Virus record (IMG/VR): IMGVR_UViG_3300028284_000001
DNA length: 64,000 nucleotides
Reading direction: 5' to 3' (one strand)
From: a virus
Shown piece after piece: positions 8,552 through 18,800 of this stretch; within the stretch, counting starts at the first letter, position 1; each line of letters starts with the position of its first letter. Position numbers and translations under genes: made by a program. The notes beneath the pieces are model-generated. The model had not been told where the DNA came from. It searched no databases and saw nothing but the letters and a program-made list of their open reading frames with translations.

Positions 8552-9226
8552 TTAGTTTGGCAAATTTTCCCCAAGTTGTGTGTACAGATAATGATTAAGA
8601 AACCAAGCGTCGACTAGATCATCAAAAGGCTTCGGCACTTTTTTAACCTCATCACCTATATCATTTACACAATACTTAAATAAAGAAGTCTTAGCTAACT
8701 CTGGACTCTCTACTATATTATTTAAGAAAGCAACCCAAAGAGCTAACTTATTCATATTCCCTTTACCAGCATGTTTCTTAATTGTAGTAGGTGCAACGGT
8801 CAGTAAATTTTTGACCTCGAGTCTATTAATCATTTGTTCTTTAAGGATTGCAGCTCCTGCTGCCATGTCAATCATATTATTAGTTCCCATCTTAGAACCG
8901 TATGACGTACCTTCGAATGCTATATGATAATCTTCTTCTGTGTTTGTTATGCCTAATATTAGATTAATTATATCGTCCGCAGTTTGGATATATCTTTTAA
9001 TCTTTGCAAATTCGTTTTTAGAGTAATCACCTACTGAAGATTTCCAGTCAGGTTGGTGTACAAGAGTTACATCCGAGAACGTACTTATTTCTTCTTGTCT
9101 TTTTTGTTCAGCTTTTGTTCCTGAACCAGCTTTAATATAGGAGATAAAGTGATATTCATTCGTATCAGACTGCCAGACACAGATACCAGGGGAATTAAGC
9201 GAGAAGTCAACTGTAACTAAATTCAA
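8552..9226 (-). CDS. RuvC/RNase H-fold nuclease, putative Holliday junction resolvase (start revised to TTG 9226)
   Basis: VTVDFSLNSPG, IAFEG, PTTIKK..GKGN..K and DDLVDA acidic motifs. Confidence 0.7.
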   Translation of the reverse strand: MNLVTVDFSLNSPGICVWQSDTNEYHFISYIKAGSGTKAEQKRQEEISTFSDVTLVHQPDWKSSVGDYSKNEFAKIKRYIQTADDIINLILGITNTEEDYHIAFEGTSYGSKMGTNNMIDMAAGAAILKEQMINRLEVKNLLTVAPTTIKKHAGKGNMNKLALWVAFLNNIVESPELAKTSLFKYCVNDIGDEVKKVPKPFDDLVDAWFLNHYLYTQLGENLPN

Positions 9227-9227
9227 A

Positions 9228-9605
9228 TTAGATTCTTTTACCCATCGCAGCACCTAAAGCAGCACCGACTAATCTGGAGGTTAATAAATCGTAAAAGATA
9301 CCTTTTTGAATACCTAGTACTTTACAAATAACTTTACCAACTGATTTACCTAAAGCAAATCCAGCTAAACCACCAAAGATAGAACCTAAAAGACCTTCAT
9401 TCATAAAAGCTTCTTCTAATTTGTCTAATTCAAATGTACCATCTTCTTTTTGGTATTGTTGTACAAATTGCTCTAATGCAAAATCTACTTTATCTTCTAA
9501 GTCTTGCGACCATTCTTGTTGAAGCCCTTCTTGTAAAAGTTTCATATCAGTGTCAGTTAGCTTTTGCTCAACTAAGTACTGGTTAAATGTTTTAGTATCT
9601 TTCAT
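9228..9605 (-). CDS. Putative virion-internal protein with C-terminal glycine-zipper helices
   Basis: Leader MKDTKTFNQYLVE; MNE followed by GLLGSIFGGLAGFALG...LVGAALGAAMG; late motif 9609-9617. Confidence 0.6.
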   Translation of the reverse strand: MKDTKTFNQYLVEQKLTDTDMKLLQEGLQQEWSQDLEDKVDFALEQFVQQYQKEDGTFELDKLEEAFMNEGLLGSIFGGLAGFALGKSVGKVICKVLGIQKGIFYDLLTSRLVGAALGAAMGKRI

Positions 9606-9620
9606 AGTTTATATATCTTG

Positions 9621-10172
9621 TTAATCTATTTCTAATCTCAGGTCTAATTTATTATAGACAAATGTACATTCAAATGTAGCAAAGTCTGCTACGTTCTCAG
9701 CCATATTAAGATTTAATTCATTTATTGAATTCATAATGATTCCAGTAAATTCCATATATGCTACTGAAGCTCCTTCGGCATCTAATATTCTTAGAGTCAT
9801 AGGATCTATATAAGCCTTTTTAGTAGACTTAGCATAATAATATAAAAGAGTGTCCATCATTATCCAATAGTTAATAAAACCATCTAATAATTGAAAGGTC
9901 ACTGTAAATTCTCTTGTAATAGTATTTTGAATTGGCACTGAACCTCTATGATTTCTTATTGTACCATCATTATCTGATTGGGTAATTGGATCAAATGCTA
10001 CACCCGGAATATTAAGACCTTGTATAGAATAATTTACAAAATCAATAGGTTCTGCTAAAAGTCCACCTGGAACTCTGTTTAAATACTTCTTGTATTTTTC
10101 AGAAACTTCCTTTGGTATAAACAATCTAGGGAACCTAAAGTCGTATGCGTTATTTCTGCTATTTAATATCAT
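9621..10172 (-). CDS. Tail tube terminator/completion protein (T4 gp3 / tube fold)
   Basis: LNIPG, FTVTFQLLDGFINY, LRILD and FECTFVY match the gp3/gp19 pattern. Confidence 0.6.
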   Translation of the reverse strand: MILNSRNNAYDFRFPRLFIPKEVSEKYKKYLNRVPGGLLAEPIDFVNYSIQGLNIPGVAFDPITQSDNDGTIRNHRGSVPIQNTITREFTVTFQLLDGFINYWIMMDTLLYYYAKSTKKAYIDPMTLRILDAEGASVAYMEFTGIIMNSINELNLNMAENVADFATFECTFVYNKLDLRLEID

Positions 10173-12244
10173 TATCCAATAGTAAATTTACCTTTAGTAA
10201 TCATAGTTTCATCTGTGCCATTATCTATACTAATATAGAACGAGGTTGTTTTCATACCCCTAATGCTCCCGGCATTAGCTTTATTAATTTGGAATAAAAC
10301 TTCACCTTTACCCATATCAATATCTTTATTATAGATGTGGTTAAATTTTAAGTCAGTAGTACCATCCTCAAATGTAAGAACAACTCTTTCGGCATTTTCA
10401 AATGAAATCATTTCAAAATCATCCCCTCTTTTCTTAGCTATTACAAATTTATAGTAAGATGCAAAAGGAGGTATACTAATAGATAAATCACCTTCATTTA
10501 CAAAATCAGATGTATCAAACTCTTCAACATCTTTTCTAATTGGATTATCACCAGCTCCAACTAGATTTACTGTAGCTGAACTAGCAATTACATTATGTCT
10601 TTCGATAAATGCTGGAACTGTTTTAACAGACCTAGGTAAATTATCTGTAATAAATCCTGCAATAATTTTGTTAGTCGCTAGGTTAGGTAATACATTGTAT
10701 ACTTCTGTTAATACATTTGGGCTATCAATTTTAATTGATGATAATCTTTTACCGTATTTAGCAGCTTGATCTATTGTCAAACTAGCTCTTTTTACAATTT
10801 GAGTATTATCTGTTTGGTTGTATATTCTCATAGTTACTTCTATAGAAAAATTAACAGCAATATTAGCCTGATTAATTACAGGTCTAAACTTAATTGGAGT
10901 GTTAAAATCTTCATATTGAGTAAACTGAGAAGTGTATGATTTAATGTTAGCTGTACCTATTTGTTCAAATACATCAACATCGTATAGAACTACAATATCG
11001 TCAGACGAAGTTCGAATTCTATTTAAGATATGTCCTTCAAAATTATTAATTGAATTATCTTTCTCTCCGTAAATATTAAAGTAATCACCATCGGCTGCAT
11101 CTTCTACAACTACGGTAAAGTCAGCAAATTCGTCTTCTCGAGAAACTGTAAATAAGTTTTCTTCTCCTGTATAAACATAATCAAATCCTTCGATCGTTCT
11201 AATAGAATCTAATAAAGCAAATCTAATTCCATAGTTTGCAGTTGGGTTTAAATCACTTGAACCTGGTGTTCCATCTCCATAAAACCTATCATCAAACTCA
11301 GAATTCTGATTTACTAATGTAGGTATTTTAAGATTAATATATTTTGACCACAAAGTCTCACCTAAAATAAAAGGCTTAGGGTTTGAAAATTCATAATTAC
11401 TTGTATTAAGATATACAAGCTGTGTTAAATAGTTCTTAAGACCTGATGTTCTTTCTGCTGTAATTTCAAATAAGAAACCAGCCTTATTTCTTGCGGCAAA
11501 GCTAAATCCAGATTTTAAATGTAATCTAACTGAATCATAAACAATAAAATTAATATTAGCAGTAGCTTCTGTTTGATAATTTAAAAGATCGGCCTCATTA
11601 CCACCTGCCCAACCTGGTGCATTATTAATATAATTATGCATTTCATAAGCTCCTGTAGAATCATAACCTAATAAAGCATATTTAGTAGAGTCGCTAGCAT
11701 CTTGTACATCAACTGCATGATATCTACCTATTGTTTGATTAATATCATTTCCTGTTGCTTCATCCGGAGATGCAAAAAGAGGATTAGCTCTTGTGTCAAC
11801 TATAATTTTACCACCTATTAAACCAGGATAACTATAAGATATTTTACCATTTATAGTAGGAGTAAATTCTCCAAGATTGGTAACTGATGAAAACGTGTAA
11901 ATACCTAAAGCACCTGAGATTGCAAAATCAGCAGGATTAGCTAAGGCACTTAAATCAAATTTATATGTTTTACCACTTTGTAAAAGCAATGTTCTAGCTG
12001 CAAAGTTCTCAACCGCAATATAGCCTGAAATTTCAGTTACATCAAAGTTAACTACCGCACTACCTAATTCATTTATTAAATGTCTAGATTTATATGGATC
12101 TTGATCCACCGTATCTAAAAACATTACCTCACTACCGTTATCATCAACTTCGATTTTAAACTTCTCTAAATCGCCTTGATCGTGATAAATAAACTCTAAA
12201 AGTATATCTTCGTCTATTCTGAAATATCTACTTGACTGTGCCAT
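10172..12244 (-). CDS. Putative virion structural protein
   Basis: 690 aa, beta-rich, translationally coupled within the tail module. Confidence 0.5.
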   Translation of the reverse strand: MAQSSRYFRIDEDILLEFIYHDQGDLEKFKIEVDDNGSEVMFLDTVDQDPYKSRHLINELGSAVVNFDVTEISGYIAVENFAARTLLLQSGKTYKFDLSALANPADFAISGALGIYTFSSVTNLGEFTPTINGKISYSYPGLIGGKIIVDTRANPLFASPDEATGNDINQTIGRYHAVDVQDASDSTKYALLGYDSTGAYEMHNYINNAPGWAGGNEADLLNYQTEATANINFIVYDSVRLHLKSGFSFAARNKAGFLFEITAERTSGLKNYLTQLVYLNTSNYEFSNPKPFILGETLWSKYINLKIPTLVNQNSEFDDRFYGDGTPGSSDLNPTANYGIRFALLDSIRTIEGFDYVYTGEENLFTVSREDEFADFTVVVEDAADGDYFNIYGEKDNSINNFEGHILNRIRTSSDDIVVLYDVDVFEQIGTANIKSYTSQFTQYEDFNTPIKFRPVINQANIAVNFSIEVTMRIYNQTDNTQIVKRASLTIDQAAKYGKRLSSIKIDSPNVLTEVYNVLPNLATNKIIAGFITDNLPRSVKTVPAFIERHNVIASSATVNLVGAGDNPIRKDVEEFDTSDFVNEGDLSISIPPFASYYKFVIAKKRGDDFEMISFENAERVVLTFEDGTTDLKFNHIYNKDIDMGKGEVLFQINKANAGSIRGMKTTSFYISIDNGTDETMITKGKFTIG

Positions 12245-12247
12245 GTT

Positions 12248-13054
12248 TTAAAATTGTAAAAATTTAGGTGACCAATAAAGACCTACTCCAATTGAAGGGC
12301 CTGTACTAATTACTTGGTTATTATTTAGATTAACACCATATCCAACTCCAAATCCAACTAGCCATCTAGATTTCTTTTGGTCTTTTCTGTTTAATCTGCT
12401 ATTAACTAAATTGATATTTTCAATATCTTTAATCTCTAATCCAGGATATCCAGTTGATAGCTTTAATCTATCAGCACCATCTACATTTTCAATTGCTGCC
12501 ATCAGGCTTAGAGTTTGTTTTAATTCAAACTTAGTTTCTAATACTTTAAATTGTTCAAATTCATATTTAAAAGTAGAGAATCCAGTTAGTTCTCTAGAGT
12601 TACCATCACCAAAATCTTCTGACGATGCAAATGTAACTTTAGTAGTTGTCGTGTCAATAGCCTCGGTTGTAGTAGTTACATCTAAACTATCTGTAATTTC
12701 TAAGTTAGCAGATATTAATGAATTAACTTCTTTTAAGTCATCATTAAGTGCTAACGCTTTCTTATACTTGTTGGTCAACTTAGCTTGGCTAGATTCTAGG
12801 TTTGATAAATCAAACTCATAAGATCTAATCTGAGCAAGTTGATCTCCGTTATCATTTCTTAGTATTGTAACAGAGTCTTGAGCAGCCTTAAAGTTATTAA
12901 GTTGTCTACCAGCATCTTCTTGTGCTAATTTTACATCTTGTTTTAAGTTCTCAATACTATTACATTGTTTAAGAAAAAATAAACACAAAAGAGCTCCAGC
13001 AACGAATGTTACTAGAGTTCTATTTGAAAGTATGTCTTTAATTTTTGTTATCAT
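12248..13054 (-). CDS. Membrane-anchored coiled-coil protein, spanin-like candidate
   Basis: N-terminal hydrophobic helix ending LKQC, coiled coil, C-terminal Gly/aromatic beta hairpin (WLVGFGVGYG...GVGLYW) and terminal Phe. Confidence 0.45.
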   Translation of the reverse strand: MITKIKDILSNRTLVTFVAGALLCLFFLKQCNSIENLKQDVKLAQEDAGRQLNNFKAAQDSVTILRNDNGDQLAQIRSYEFDLSNLESSQAKLTNKYKKALALNDDLKEVNSLISANLEITDSLDVTTTTEAIDTTTTKVTFASSEDFGDGNSRELTGFSTFKYEFEQFKVLETKFELKQTLSLMAAIENVDGADRLKLSTGYPGLEIKDIENINLVNSRLNRKDQKKSRWLVGFGVGYGVNLNNNQVISTGPSIGVGLYWSPKFLQF

Positions 13055-13060
13055 AATTTA

Positions 13061-15874
13061 TTATTTTGGTGCGCCAGGAATATTGTGCCATACAATACCA
13101 TCTGCTATATAAATATCTTGATCTTCAACTCCTACCGAATATGTAGCAAAATCTACTTCCGGAGTTACAATTTCAATATTAGTAACCTCAGTCCAAGCAC
13201 CGTTAATATAGAACGAATCACCGTTAACTACACTTCCAGCTTTCTTGAAAGAAATACTACCATCAGCCGTTTTTGTTAAAACTGGATGTTCGTGTGTAAC
13301 CTTAGATAAATCATTATTAAAGTTAATATATTTATTATATGTACCCTCGTTTACAAAAGTTACAGTTGTTGTGCTTTCAACAGCAGTCCATCCTTCTGCA
13401 TTTGCAGTATAAGAGCTTGGCGGTTGTTCGTTTTCATTAGTTCCAAGACCTGTAATGCTATATGATTTCAATACATCACCAACTTCTAGATCTTCAATTA
13501 ATTTAGTTGTACCATCAGCTAAATGCATTACGGTACCTGCAAGGTGACACCACGCTGCTAGTACTACCCACATACCTGTAACCGAACCTGATGCTAAAGT
13601 ACCACCCCATGCGGATCCGTCAAATATAACCTCTGTTCCGTTATTATTACCGCCTTGTTGTCCTGCGCTTTCCGTCCCATCATTTTCGAACCAGAATTTT
13701 GCAAAACCTGAACCACCTGTATGTGGATCTGAGCCGTTAGTTCCGGAACTCGCACTTTGTGCCCCTATAAGAGAATCAGAGACATATACGTATGAATTAG
13801 CTGAATCTAATTGGGTCCAATTGTACCAGTTAAAGTCACTGGTAGACGCAGATCCACCTGTAAGTGGAGGACCTTGTACGCCGGAATTAACATCTTGCCA
13901 AGTAAATTCTTGGATGTTATATCCAGAGGTAAAATCATCCTGGTCTTCCCATCCAAAATAATTTTGTGAGCTTCCTGTTCCAGGCGTTAGCCATGAAAAT
14001 GTAAACTCTTCAACAGGTAGTGAACCTGCAACAGTCACTGGTATAGTTTCGTTCTGGCCTTGGTTAACATATTGTAGTGCAAACCTGACCCAATCACCAT
14101 TAGGCCCCATTGTTGGGTTAGGAGCTACTGTACCTCCAAAAACAGTAACGGTTACCTCATTAGTATTTGTAAATGCTACATGCCCTTGCTCTTTTACTAC
14201 ATATAAGTATGCAGATTGAGTAGTACCAGATATACCCGGTATTGAGACTAGGGAACTAACCGGAGACGCTCCGTTCATATTGTCATCTAATACTGCACCT
14301 GTAAAGTTATCAGTTAAATTCCAAGTTGTTGTATATTCAGGCGCGCTTGATCCAACTGCAGGGTCTACACATGTAAATGCATTCCCTGAATTACTAAATC
14401 CACTAGGAACATTAAAGGCAAGAGTATAATTACTAGCTCCAGCAGCATAATACCCTGGAGTTACAGAAGCTGGTTGTATAGGAACGCCGTTCCATGTTAG
14501 AGTAAAGGTTACTGCTTCACCAATAATACCATTATCAACTTCAGCTACTAAACCTGCAGTGTTACAATCAAATGTTGCTGTTCCATTTACGTTTTCAACC
14601 TGACATGTAACAGTACTACCTTCGTTATCCCAAACACCACCGGTTGGAACTTGAACTACTACATCATAAGTGTTTACGCCTGCTACATAATTTGCAGGTG
14701 AAACTGAAATTACAGTTCCCGCATCAGCAGTTGCTGTTATCGGATCGTTAACTACACCATCAGCTATTTCTACTTCTGCATCATCACATTCAAAATCTGG
14801 TAAAGCAGTATATGAAGAAGATTGTGTTACACTTATAGTTTCAGTAATTGTATTACCTGCATTTGTATATCCTGTAGGAACTAAAATTGAAAGAACTAAA
14901 CTAAGTGTATTAGAACCCGCTGTAGTATTTGGCGGGAACGAAGCCGGAGCTGAAGTCACATTACTAGAGTTTCCTTGATCAATATTTACTGTTCCAGCTG
15001 GATTAACACTTGCAGAGCCTGTCCAATTTGAATAAGCAAAGTTAGAGATAACACTTCCATCAGGTCCTAAGACTAAATCAGAATCATCATCCATTGATAT
15101 TGTATTACTAGAACCGCCACTACCACATGATCCGTTTAATGGTGCCATACAAAATTCTAACCATGATCCATCAATGAATCCTTCGAATTTATTACCACCT
15201 GGGTTATATCTTACCATACCGTCAGTACCAACTACACTTGTATCGAAATTATCTAACGTTAATGTTGTTGCTACTACTGTAGGAACATTAATTTGAAATC
15301 TAACATCTGGTGCATTACCGGATATCGGTGCAACAGAAGTAAGATTATATCTAACGTAATTAGGATCTGATACTACATCTTCAGAACTAATTAATATTTT
15401 ATTATTTGCATCATGCCATAAAGTAATATAGCCATCAACAATTGTATCAGTAAAAAAGTCATAGTGTCTACCAACATTCAAAGTAGATCTTAAACTTAAA
15501 TCACCGTCATTTGCATTTGAACCAATATCTTCAAAAGAACTATCACCTAACCAAATTACTGGAGTTTCCTTATCATCGCCTCTCTTAGGCTTTAATACAG
15601 TAACGTTGTTTACCCCGTCATTTGAGTTTAAATCGATCTGTATCTTTTTCCACGGGCTAGTAGTCTCACCAGAGTCTCCTTTAGCACCTTTATTACCCTG
15701 GTCACCCTGTGGTCCAGTTTGACCAACAACGCCTTGTGTACCTTTACCACCTTTAGGGCCTTCTGGTCCACCGCCATTAGCAACAATCTGATCAAAATTA
15801 TAGTTAATCTTATCAAACTTGATAATATCAGAGTCGCTTGGGTGTAATATTTCTTGAATGTTAATTACCGGCAT
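13061..15874 (-). CDS. Tail fibre/appendage protein with collagen-like segment and C-terminal Hint domain
   Basis: N-terminal IQEIL..DS..KINYNF, Gly-X-Y run, three VP.G..N.G repeats; Hint CHLAGT..IEDLEVGD..VTHEHP..ADGIVWHN. Confidence 0.8.
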   Translation of the reverse strand: MPVINIQEILHPSDSDIIKFDKINYNFDQIVANGGGPEGPKGGKGTQGVVGQTGPQGDQGNKGAKGDSGETTSPWKKIQIDLNSNDGVNNVTVLKPKRGDDKETPVIWLGDSSFEDIGSNANDGDLSLRSTLNVGRHYDFFTDTIVDGYITLWHDANNKILISSEDVVSDPNYVRYNLTSVAPISGNAPDVRFQINVPTVVATTLTLDNFDTSVVGTDGMVRYNPGGNKFEGFIDGSWLEFCMAPLNGSCGSGGSSNTISMDDDSDLVLGPDGSVISNFAYSNWTGSASVNPAGTVNIDQGNSSNVTSAPASFPPNTTAGSNTLSLVLSILVPTGYTNAGNTITETISVTQSSSYTALPDFECDDAEVEIADGVVNDPITATADAGTVISVSPANYVAGVNTYDVVVQVPTGGVWDNEGSTVTCQVENVNGTATFDCNTAGLVAEVDNGIIGEAVTFTLTWNGVPIQPASVTPGYYAAGASNYTLAFNVPSGFSNSGNAFTCVDPAVGSSAPEYTTTWNLTDNFTGAVLDDNMNGASPVSSLVSIPGISGTTQSAYLYVVKEQGHVAFTNTNEVTVTVFGGTVAPNPTMGPNGDWVRFALQYVNQGQNETIPVTVAGSLPVEEFTFSWLTPGTGSSQNYFGWEDQDDFTSGYNIQEFTWQDVNSGVQGPPLTGGSASTSDFNWYNWTQLDSANSYVYVSDSLIGAQSASSGTNGSDPHTGGSGFAKFWFENDGTESAGQQGGNNNGTEVIFDGSAWGGTLASGSVTGMWVVLAAWCHLAGTVMHLADGTTKLIEDLEVGDVLKSYSITGLGTNENEQPPSSYTANAEGWTAVESTTTVTFVNEGTYNKYINFNNDLSKVTHEHPVLTKTADGSISFKKAGSVVNGDSFYINGAWTEVTNIEIVTPEVDFATYSVGVEDQDIYIADGIVWHNIPGAPK
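13082..13549 (-). other. Hint (intein/hedgehog/BIL-like) autoprocessing domain
   Basis: Block A Cys at 13547-13549, block B TxxH (THEH), terminal HN followed by Ile and a short tail. Confidence 0.85.
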
Positions 15875-15880
15875 TTCTTA

Positions 15881-18800
15881 TTATGACTTTATTTTTACCA
15901 TAGGTCTAACTTCGTAAGAGTAGCCTAATCTTTTATTATATATCAACCTAAAATTAAGAGGCTGTTGTTCGTGTGATTTAAACGTAAAGTTTATATCATT
16001 AGAGAATGCTCCATCGTCTAAATTATCAATGCTGTCTGTTGATAAAATTTCAGAGAATTGACCCTTTCTTCTACTTGTGTATAATTTTATTTGATCTAAA
16101 TTAAATGTATTAAGTAGGTTGTTTTCAACGTATAATAACGCATCATCTTTAGTTGTTGTTTTGTCACCTGCAGAATTAACAGCAGTTACAAATTTATTTA
16201 TTGAATTTAGTACACCATCTGAAGATAATAACTTCTTAAGCGTCGATGTAATATAAAAATCCATATAAATGTAATCCTTATTTTCAAATGATACTACATC
16301 ATACTTTTCATCACCGTTAGCTAAAATTCGATCTTGCTGTTCTTGTGTTTTAGTAGCATACGAAGTAAAGTTAGTAATATTATATGAATCTTTTATCTTC
16401 ATAATAGTAGAGCCTAAATAAGATCTTTCTTCTTTAGTTTCAAAAGTACCAGGTACTTGTTCAAATAAACCACCGGACAAACTTCTAGTATAATAGTTTT
16501 TATCCCAAGAAGACTTAAATACATTTATATCTTTTTTGTCTATTGTAACCTCACCGATTAAAGGATAAAGAGGTAATTTATCAGTAGACTCAGATAGTTT
16601 AGTTACTGCCGCAGCATTAGTTTCATTTACTTTTCTGTAAAAATGATTTTTAATAATACCCCATCCATTATCATGTATGTTACGATCTTGTATGTAACCT
16701 AAGTTAAATGAAGTTCCACATCTATTATATTTCTTATAGTAATCTCTAGCCAATTCAACTTCTTTAGCATTTGTTAATGAATGCTTATACATTGATTCTT
16801 CAAATAAGATTTCAGTTGGGTTAGCAGTAGACTGTAAAGTGTTTGTTTTAAAATGAGTATATGTGTCAGTAAAAGTTACAATCGGATTTGTTGATATTGT
16901 ATAATCACCATTATGTCTAACTAAGAATGGATAATATGTATCACTTACAGATAATTCGTAACCTATTGTACCTTGTTTTAATTTAAACGTTTTAGGCTTT
17001 TCTTCGTCTGACACTGTAACTAACATAGATTGTTTAATTACTTCTACTCCACTTTCGAATTGAATTTCAAATCTATTAGAATTAATAGCACCATCAATCT
17101 CAACTGTTGTATATTTAATTGAACCATCATTATTCTTTAATAAATCAGACACCGCTGATACTGACAGACTGCCTAAGATCGAAGTGAAGGCATTTTTACC
17201 CCCGCCTTTATATACATAAGTAGCAGACGTTTGAAGATAACCAGCAATATTAGAAACATTAACCGGGTTGCCGTTTAAATCAACAGGGGCTGATGTTAAA
17301 GTAAGTTGAGCTTGGTCATCAATAGATGCAATCTTTAATTTAAAAGTAACAGGACCACTCGAGTCTTGCACCGTTACATATATGTTTCCAAATACTTCAT
17401 TTTCATCTGGATTAATTTGATCTAAGAATTGAGGTAATCCCCCATCAACATGATCTATTCCACTCGCTATTAAATAATCAGCAGCAGTTGGATCTGTAAA
17501 ATTAATGTCATTCAGATTTAAAGCTCCGCTTATAGCAACGTCAGAATAACTAAAGTTTTCTGTCTCATGGTTCCATACAAAGCTGTGATTCATTTCATAT
17601 AATAGTTTCCTATTTAAAGCACCATCAATCCATAAATCATCCATAGATATTGTAATTAAAAATACAACAAATTCAAACTCCTTATTTTGAATAACTTCAT
17701 ATTCAATGTCGTTCGTAGCTTGTCCACCTCTAACCATAACTAAAGTACTAAACTTATAGCCATTAAATTCAGAAGATTTCACAAAATCATTAGTTGTAAT
17801 ATTTTCAAATTCTTTTCTATTCTTAAAAGAAACTTTAATACCTTTAAATAAAGTACTACCAAACGATGCGTCGTTACCGCCTGAAACATTTGTATATTTC
17901 TTTTGTAAATTTGTTTTAATAAAAGATTTAATACCGTTACTATCAGTTTTCTCAAAACCTTCAGTTACCATAAATCTATCAAAGTAATTATATGAAGTGC
18001 TCTTAAAGTGAGATGCATTTAATTCAAAACCTTCTAAGAAGTTTACATAACTAAACGTATCATTAAGCTGATCGTATTTTAAATATTTTGGTACATTATC
18101 TAAATAAAACCACTCATGTGTCATACCTAGTCTATCTCTACCTTCAGCATCAAAATCTGGTGAGAAGTTAGTTCTTCCAAATGCTTCGTTTGAGTTTAAA
18201 TGATAACCCTCTTCTCTTACAGTCGTACCATCTTTTAATACCCACTTGTTAATATTAGGAGTTACTCTAGATCTTACTGCAAATTGCTTAAGATTATTTT
18301 CTTGTAATCTATCATATTCACTCCATAGTTTAGATTCGTTATATGAATCCAATCCTTCTTCTGGTAAAATACCTCCAATACCAGTAAAGTAATTAACAGG
18401 CTCATCTTCAAATTCACTATCGAAAACGGTTAATGTGTTAGTAGTACTTTGTTGAGGTTCATAATTAATATTAGCCGGAGTTTCAAATTCTAATTCTTTT
18501 AGATCTGAATTTGATATATCATAAAAATCAAAATCCATATCATGAATATCGTACGCTGAAAATAAACCAATCCTAGCAACATTATCTGCATATACATTTT
18601 GCTCTCCAGAAGCTAAAGTGTTTATGTCTTCTAAAATAATTTTATTGTATATAGTATCAGCTCTTTCTATATCTTCCACTATATCAATAACTTTGTTGTA
18701 CACATTGTCTGAATTTGTAGCAATTAAATCACCAACATTAATGTCAGCAACAGAATCTTTAGTTACTAATATAGATTTCCCAGCAGAATTACCGCCGTTC

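Noticed and set aside
13082-13549. Canonical mobile intein
   Set aside because: No +1 nucleophile, no endonuclease domain and essentially no C-extein; treated as an autoprocessing Hint domain.
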